Shown here piece by piece: positions 56,529-64,000 of a stretch of DNA of 64,000 nucleotides (position 1 is the first letter of the stretch; every line of letters begins with the position of its first letter). The stretch lies in NCBI GenBank assembly GCA_964016885.1, contig OZ024751.1, forward strand, positions 868,001 through 932,000. Reading direction: 5' to 3'. The notes below the pieces were generated by a model. It worked only from the letters and a program-made list of their open reading frames with translations, was not told where the DNA came from and searched no databases. Origin of the DNA: Eledone cirrhosa. Taxonomy: Eukaryota. The position numbers were made by a program, and so were the translations under genes.

Positions 56529-56590
56529 TAATAAAGACTTTTGATGTATTGAAGGCTTCTTTGTTTTACTTTCATAATATATATATATAT

Positions 56591-56645
56591 AACCCATGCT
56601 AGCGTTGAAAAATGGACACTAAATGATCATGATGATGACGATGAT
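56591..56645 (+). mobile_element. Isolated RTE/SINE 3' tail
   Basis: AACCCATGCTAGCGTTGAAAAATGGACACTAAA followed by a degenerate (TGA)n, matching 38612-38660. Confidence 0.75.
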
Positions 56646-56785
56646 ACAAACACACACACACACATATATAAGTGACTTTCACAAAATGGCTGACTGAACA
56701 CACATATGCCCAACCCCTTATTTTGTCTTTTTCTTCTTCTCACACTCTACTTTCTTTCTATTTCTTCTTTTATTTCTTATTTTAT

Positions 56786-56821
56786 GTTCTGATGAAGGAC
56801 TAGTGTCTGAAAGGTCAAGAC
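56786..56821 (+). ncRNA. Degenerate hammerhead-like motif
   Basis: CUGAUGA-AGGAC-UAGU-GUCU-GAAA-GGUC; stems I and III are damaged. Confidence 0.4.
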
Positions 56822-56900
56822 ACTTTTCCTACTACATCAAGCATTAAACTAATATATATTTTCATTGTACTGTATTGTTTGTTGTGTTGTTTTCCACTAG

Positions 56901-57419
56901 CACCACCACCATCACCATCATCACCACCACCACCTCCACCACCACCACCATCATCACCACCACCACCACCATCATCACCACCACCACACCACCACCACCA
57001 TCATCATCACCACCACCACACCACCACCACCACCTCCACCACCACCACCATCATCACCACCACCACACCACCACCACCACCACCATCATCACCACCACCA
57101 CACCACCACCACCACCACCATCACCGCCACCACACCACCACCACCACCACCTCCTCCACCACCACCAGCATCATCACCACAACCACACCATCACCACCAC
57201 CATCATCACCACCACCACACCACCATCATCACCACCACCACACCACCACCACCACCACCTCCACCACCACCACCATCATCACCACCACCACACCACCACC
57301 ACTACCATCATCACCACCACAACTACCACACCACCACCTCCACCACCACCACCACCGTATCCATCACCACCACCATCACCACCACCACCACATCACCACC
57401 ACACCACCACCACCACCAT
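56901..57419. repeat. Degenerate (CAC/CAT)n trinucleotide array
   Basis: Directly visible, with recurring longer blocks such as CACCTCCACCACCACCACCATCATCACC. Confidence 0.95.
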
Positions 57420-57529
57420 ATAGAAAAAGTCCTGGTCTGAGGATATCTGAATATAGTTCAGTGTTTAAAGAGTTTTGTGCCGGAAATTGTCCTGGGTGAG
57501 TCTTAGCAGGGCCTATCCTTGGTTTGTAA

Positions 57530-57605
57530 TAGAGAGAGACAGAGGGAGATGGAGAGAGGGAGAAGGGATTGAGAGAGGACAGGGAGGGAGAGGGAGATAG
57601 GAGAG

Positions 57606-57636
<31 letters not shown>

Positions 57637-57814
57637 AAAGGGGTTGAGAGAGAGAGAGTGATAGAGAGAGGCAGAGAGAAGAAGAGTGCAAGGACTATAG
57701 TGTGGTGGGGAGGTAGAGTGGGAAAGAGAGGGGAGAAAAAGGTGGAGAGGAAGAGGTAGTGAGAGAGAGAAGTAGAGAGAGAGAGAGACAGACAGAAGTA
57801 GAACGAGAAAGAGA

Positions 57815-57854
<40 letters not shown>

Positions 57855-58548
57855 AGTAGAAAGAGAGAGAGAGAGAGAGCTAGTGTGTGTAAGGGAAAGA
57901 TCTACTTCAACAATTATCTTATATATACATACACACATACACACAGATATATACACACACACATATATACATACACACACACACACAGATGTATACACAC
58001 ACACACACACATTTATATACATACACACACACATTTATATACATACACACATACATTTATATACATACACATGCAGACACAGTATATATACATTAATACA
58101 GACACACACACATCTACAGACAGATACATACACACACATGCACACAGATGTATATACACACACACACATATATATATACACATACACATATATACATACA
58201 CACACACACACAGATGTATACACACACACACACATTTATATACATACACACATACATTTATATACATACACATGCAGACACAATATATATACATTAATAC
58301 ATACACACACACATATATATATACACATACACATGCACACACGCAGTATATACATACACACACACACACTACATACATATACACAGACACACACGCAGTA
58401 TATACACACACACACACTATATACATATACACAGACATACACGCAGTATATACACACACACACTATATACATACATACACACACATCTACAGACAGATAC
58501 ATACATACATATTCTTATGCATACACACACACATACATATACATATAT
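57530..58548. repeat. (GA)n-rich then (CA/TA)n-rich low-complexity tract
   Basis: Directly visible. Confidence 0.93.
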
Positions 58549-58693
58549 GTTATTGTATATAATTCTTAAAGCCTCTCTCATCCTATTTAGTCATAGACTG
58601 TCAAATGACATTGTCGACTTAATAACAACACACTACAGTGTATTGGTGAGTACCAGTAATTATTTTGATGTGCAGTTCATCACTGCTTCTGCA

Positions 58694-59161
58694 GTTCTAA
58701 ATGTAATTTTGTGTAGTTTATTTCAAAATATAATTTTGTGTAGTTGTAATTATAATTTTTTGGAGTTCTAAATGTAATTTTGTGTAGTTTATTTCAAAAT
58801 ATAATTTTGTGTAGTTGTAATTATAATTTTTTGGAGTTCTAAATGTAATTTTGTGTAGTTTATTTCAAAATATAATTTTGTGTAGTTGTAAATATAATTT
58901 TTTGGAGTTCTAAATGTAATTTTGTGTAGTTTATTTCAAAATATAATTTTGTGTAGTTGTAATTATAATTTTTTGGAGTTCTAAATGTAATTTTGTGTAG
59001 TTTATTTCAAAATATAATTTTGTGTAGTTGTAATTATAATTTTCTGGAGTTCTAAATGTAATTTTGTGTAGTTTATTTCAAAATATAATTTTGTGAAGTT
59101 CTAAATGTAATTTTGTGAAGTTCTAAATGTAATTTTGTGAAGTTCTAAATATAATTTTGTG
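58694..59161. repeat. 71-bp minisatellite (about 5.7 copies) ending in 22-bp subunits
   Basis: Units start at 58694, 58765, 58836, 58907, 58978 and 59049, followed by about three GTTCTAAATGTAATTTTGTGAA. Confidence 0.95.
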
Positions 59162-59621
59162 CAGAAGGTTTATATTTAGTATTAAATTCAACATATGTTT
59201 ACATGATAAATGGGTGAATGATGGTTAAAAGACTTAAAAAACATAAAATGTTAAAATGTTTAAAATATTCCCATTACGCGACAAATGTTTATCAGACCCA
59301 GAGAATACGAAACACCAAGATTTCTCTATTTTAAAATGTACTTAAAATAAACATTGCTGATTATAGGATACTACTCTCTTTTTATCTGTCTGTCTGTCTG
59401 CCTGTCTGTCTATGTGTATGTGTGTGTCTGCCTGCCTGTCTGTCTGTTTGTGTTTGTGTTTGCGTGCGTGTGTGTGCGTTTGTACATCTGTTTGTTTATC
59501 TGTATGTGTGTGTGTGTCTGTCTGCCTATCTGTTTATGTCTGTGTTTGTACGTCTGTGTGTGTTCATGTCTGCCATCATCAACTGCACATACACTACTCC
59601 TACATATATATATATATGAAA

Positions 59622-59698
59622 ACCCCGACGGCTGAGCTCCTGCCGTTTCAACAGCTAGATCTGAACTGTTGAAATGGCAGGAGCTCAGCCGTCGGGGT
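59622..59698. repeat. Hairpin with 33-bp arms and 11-nt loop, arms resembling a hammerhead 3' half
   Basis: ACCCCGACGGCTGAGCTCCTGCCGTTTCAACAG mirrored with one mismatch; a related sequence lies at 60929-60960. Confidence 0.9.
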
Positions 59699-59982
59699 CC
59701 CAAATTTTTTATATTACCCACTCTACTACTTCAAGTATTGAGTACTCTGGTGAATAATGGTCTAACTGGTTTTTACCACCTCCAATCTGATATAAATACA
59801 CACACACATACATATATATATATACATATAAAACATGAGAAGAAAGAAGAATACTGCATGGTTGCACATGGGTTACATATGATAAAATTAGTCCCTCGTC
59901 AGTGATTTGCCAACCATCATTGATATTTCATCGCATTAAAAATCATATACCTCAGGTTGGTGCGAGCAATAACTAAAAAAAG

Positions 59983-60030
<48 letters not shown>

Positions 60031-60121
60031 GTATATATGTATCTATGTAAAAAGTAAACAGAAATAACAAAGCAAATGACACACTACATGTATTGGTAAA
60101 TAATATTAATGTTATTTAATA

Positions 60122-60188
60122 GATTCTGAAGAGATTAAAACAACAGGAATAAATATTCCAGTTGTTTTAATTGAAACATTTGTCAATC
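60122..60188 (+). ncRNA. Type I hammerhead ribozyme with long stem II and GUC cleavage site
   Basis: GAUU-CUGAAGA-GAUUAAAACAAC-A-GGAAUA-AA-UAUUCC-A-GUUGUUUUAAUU-GAAAC-AUUU-GUC-AAUC, followed by ATTAAA. Confidence 0.83.
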
Positions 60189-60239
60189 GATTAAAAGATT
60201 TAATTTAAACACTGGTTATTCTTTATTAATATATTCACT

Positions 60240-60332
60240 CGACCTTAAATACAGTGTTTACCTCTGATCAAATCCTCAGAATACTGAGTATTCTGAGGAT
60301 TTGATCAGAGGTAAACACTGTATTTAAGGTCG
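60240..60332. repeat. Perfect palindrome, 46-bp arms, 1-nt centre
   Basis: CGACCTTAAATACAGTGTTTACCTCTGATCAAATCCTCAGAATACT-G-reverse complement. Confidence 0.96.
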
Positions 60333-60780
60333 TGTGACGCAACTTCGAGTGACTAGTGACCTTTAGACTCACCTAATCAATGAAACAATTGTTAATACTT
60401 GAAATAAAGCCCCTTGTTGTACAGCCAACCATGTTATTCTTCATTCTTTCACTATTATTACTCCAAGATTAACCTACATAGGAATTCTCACGAACTCGCT
60501 GCCTAACTATGGAAACATCTTGTTGAGTAAAAAAAAGCCGTACGTTAAAACTATCCACGACGCAGAGTACTCACAACCTCTAACTGGATTACCTATAATG
60601 ATAACTTGTTATCCCATATATATATATATATATACATACAGGGACCGGTTATCGAAGAAACAACATAACACGTTCAGCCGACCCTTGTATCATGAAAAGA
60701 AAATCTTTTTCGGGGAAATTATTGGATATTTCCAAATTTAAAGGTTTCTTAGGAACTTTCAATGTTTATTTTAGATTTTG

Positions 60781-60838
60781 CCGTCTGAAGAGCTCAGGCT
60801 ATCATAACTGATAGTCCTCGGTGAAATATGTATAACAG
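60781..60838 (+). ncRNA. Type I hammerhead-like motif followed by AATAAA
   Basis: CCGU-CUGAAGA-GC...CUAUCA-UAAC-UGAUAG...GU-GAAA-UAUGUA-UA-ACAG (stem I 3 of 4 paired); AATAAA at ~60846. Confidence 0.62.
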
Positions 60839-60881
60839 AGTTTCAAATAAACCTCAATCAATTGAATATGGCCTCCAATCT

Positions 60882-60919
<38 letters not shown>

Positions 60920-61654
60920 AAAAAGTATGACCCCGATGGCAGAGCTCAAGCCGTTTCGACATATATATATGTTAGTTACATGTGTAACTTCAGTTACAGG
61001 TGACGTGCATTTGTAGCACTCAATGCTGATCGATATCGAAACAATCTTGTTTCCAGAGAAGACGGTCTGATCGAACCTATATATGAGGTCTGATAGTCTA
61101 CAGTTATATAACTGCAATAGATCAGACAATATGTCAATATCATCAATCCTCCGAAATGATCATAAAACAATGATATGAATAGGTAAAATAACTCGACTTT
61201 GTTCTTATTATTTTCATTGTTAATATAGTAGCTAACATCTGACTCTGTATCTAAGGAATTAACTCAGCAGAACAGGGAACTTTTCTATGGATTTCACTGG
61301 ATTACTCCCCATCAGATTACATTGAGTTCTAACTACAGTACGGACCCTACCACCACACTGAAATATATATATATATATATACACACAAATGTAACATATT
61401 ACATATGTTAGAATTAGGTGCTTCTCAATAAACAAGCTCAATAGACATTATCGATAATCATTCATATAGATTGATTTTAAATTACAGCCTACAGTTAACA
61501 AAATGACACCATAGGGTCACTTTTGATTTCATCTTGAGTACATGTTCTTCTCTGAAATATTTATTTAGTATATGTACAATATACTGTGACTTCTCTGGAT
61601 ATATGGTTCTTTCTCTTTCTATATATCTTCTACTTTCTACTTTATATATATATA

Positions 61655-63910
61655 TTTCGTTTCTGAATTTGTTTAGCAAGATTCTTTATCTGAAATCGTG
61701 TGTTGAAACCGATATTGTTATACTTTGGGAGGGTCATGTTGCCAATAAGAAACACACGCACCAGTTGCTTTCACTTCAATTTATTATATATTTATAAATT
61801 TACAAATTTATAAATTTATTATATATTTATAAATTTACAAATTTATACCATGAGTTTATTCTATTAGCCTTGTTCCTAGTTCTTTCTATTCTATTCCAAA
61901 ATTTGCTCCTATACAAGGGGCAGGTCCCATTTATGTCATTATTTACCATTTTTTCCCATTTGGTTCTGGCTCCTCTATACACTCTGATTCTATCTCTCTG
62001 ATTGTAGCCAGAGAACTGCATACGGTGGATGAAGTGTTGTATGTGTCTCTCTAGTTCTTCGGGGTTGCACATGCGGGACACATTTCTCATCACCCGTACC
62101 AAATCCGCAATCAGTATGTTGATTTTGGTATGGTCCGAAATGACCGAGTTTCGGTGGATCAGATGTTTGGAAGTCATGGGTTTGGCATAATGGGAATGGA
62201 GGATTTGTTAATGGTATCTAACCAGAGCTCTGTGTCTAGTACAGGTAATCGATGGTTGGGTGTTTACTTGGGTAGTCTATAGTAACTCTAATGCTCTGGT
62301 GGATGGAGTTTGCTATTTGCTGGATGCTTTCCATTGTGTTTTTCTCTAGTTCCTGACTGTTCTCTAGTGGGGGTGTCTTAACTACGATGTTTATATCATC
62401 TACGTAGCGGGAGTACATTATCAGGGTTAAGGGGTCTTCTAATTGTTCTTTAAGTTTAAGTTTAAGTCTACTGTCCCACCATACCATGAATAAGTTAGCT
62501 ATGTCACCTGCAATGCTAACACCAATGGCTGCTCCTTCCTCTTGGGCATATGTTTTTCCATTAAATTTGAACATATGTTCCTTAAGGGTTAGTTTTATGC
62601 TGGCCCCTACCGCATGTGCGATCATTTTCTTCAGTTCATCGTGGTTTTCGGGTGTCCGTATGGCTCTGGTCCACCCGTTCCATCTATCTGTGTGGGTTTT
62701 CTTGGCCATTGAGGTAATGGTAGGTGGTCTGCCTCTTGCTGATCTTGTAGGGCACAGGTTGCTAAGGTCATAAGTGTCTAGGTAACTATTACTATAGGTA
62801 AGCTTAAGTAGGAGTCCCAGCTCACTGGTATCAATCCCACGGAACTCAACCTTGCTCTCACTGATCATTTCTATGCATTTCTCCACAGCAAAATCCACGT
62901 CAATAGATGGATACAGGGACACAACATCCATACTGCCTATTATGCAGTTTGTTAGGTCCCCAGATCGGTTACTCACGCCGATTCTGCTGAGGAGGTCCTC
63001 CGTGCTGTCACATACATCTGGGGACATTTCAATGATGGGGCGTATGATCAGGGAGAGGAAGTAGGACAGTCTGTAGTTACTAGCAATGTTAGCTCCACAG
63101 ACTGGCCGTGTTGGTGGTCCCGCGACAGGGTCACAGCCCGTTTAATGGTCTTTTCGAAGCCCATACAACGCCGGCACGTCATTGTTCCAGGCCTGGAAGT
63201 TGTTGGCAGTCCTTTTGTTGGGCTGCATTATATTCGTCCACATCACCATATGGGCATTGAGGGCTTTTTCTCTATCCTCATGCTCCTGTGGTGTTACCTC
63301 TCTTGTGTTAGTGATGTGGGGTTGCATTGTCTGGATGTAGTTTGGCAGGCTGTCAACCGACATTCTGCCAGACTTGTCTGTTGGAAAGCATGCTATCTCT
63401 CCATTACGTGAGCGCTGCATGAGCTTACGCAAGCCATTTGCAGATTTTCTCCCAGTTGCTGGGCCTCCATTCTATTATGCTTCTTGCTATACTGTTCTAT
63501 AATATTTCTAAGTTCGGATCTAGCTATACTAAATTGTGCTTCTGTTTGTTCATCGACCTGCGACGGCAATTGCGTGCGTTTGTTAAATGGTAAAGTCGTG
63601 GCGTGGACTCGTCGCAGGTCGAATGATTTATCGGAGGGATTATAAAACGGAGAGTTCCAGGCTGCTGCTTTATGTGTACTAGTGCTATTGTTATTGTTAG
63701 TTGTGTTGTTTCTATTTCTATTTCCACCAACAGCCTCATGGTTGTTTCTATGTCTCTCATAATTACTCCTGTCTCTTTCCACTGGCTCATTGTTGTTATC
63801 TACCCTATTTTGTGTGTCTGTGTGTTCGTCTTGGTTATTCTCTTTGTCCTTAGTCTCCCTTCTCCTTTTAATCCTATTACTTTCCCTTATTTCTGTGATT
63901 TCTGTGCTAC
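61655..63910 (-). mobile_element. Penelope-like element of a second subfamily: decayed RT, endonuclease region deleted, terminal segment retained
   Basis: Motifs PTDKSG, LYGLRKDH, GPPTRPVCGA, GSMDVVSLYPSI, YAQEEGAAIG, YSRYVDD. The C-terminal part is highly similar to 54159-54660. Frameshifts and a TAA at 63142. The 5' end may extend past the window. Confidence 0.9.
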
Positions 63911-64000
63911 TGTCATTACTTGTTTTCTGTGTCTGTGTTTGTTAAGATTGTGGTGGTGGTGAGAGGCATTGAATGCGTGTGTGTTGTTGTTGTTGATGTG

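Noticed and set aside
56875-57499. Pro/His/Thr-rich extensin-like ORFs
   Set aside because: These are stop-free translations of a (CAC)n microsatellite in several frames, with no gene context.
61655-63910. Naiad-type selenoprotein PLE (in-frame UGA, SECIS)
   Set aside because: The endonuclease in the sister family is C-terminal, the in-frame stop seen is TAA, and no convincing SECIS fold was found on the sense strand.

Overview
This is repeat-dominated eukaryotic genomic DNA; the SINE/LINE families and (TA)n/(CA)n richness suggest an octopod cephalopod (inference). No host protein-coding gene can be supported. Bases 1-37.2 kb are a 14-bp satellite (TTGGTATATTA[A/G]TG) with a ~2.1-kb higher-order unit, a near-exact 6.5-kb tandem duplication, and three tRNA-derived SINE copies inserted at the same monomer position and orientation. 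Bases 37.2-64 kb are a mosaic of retroelement fragments: two RTE-type LINEs (one nearly intact, with three C-terminal C2H2 fingers), a CR1/L2-type 3' fragment, SINEs sharing an RTE 3' tail, a hAT MITE, and three Penelope-like (PLE) fragments, two of which form a directly fused inverted pair. The most notable signal is about ten complete or degenerate type I hammerhead-ribozyme motifs, plus a few 3'-half fragments, from several unrelated sequence families. They sit in short non-coding pieces next to (TA)n tracts and are often part of fold-back structures. A second signal is a codon-conserved ATG-initiated segment (MTLPKYNNI...) at the far 3' end of the PLE copies. All calls were made by eye; coordinates are approximate to a few bp and family names need database confirmation.
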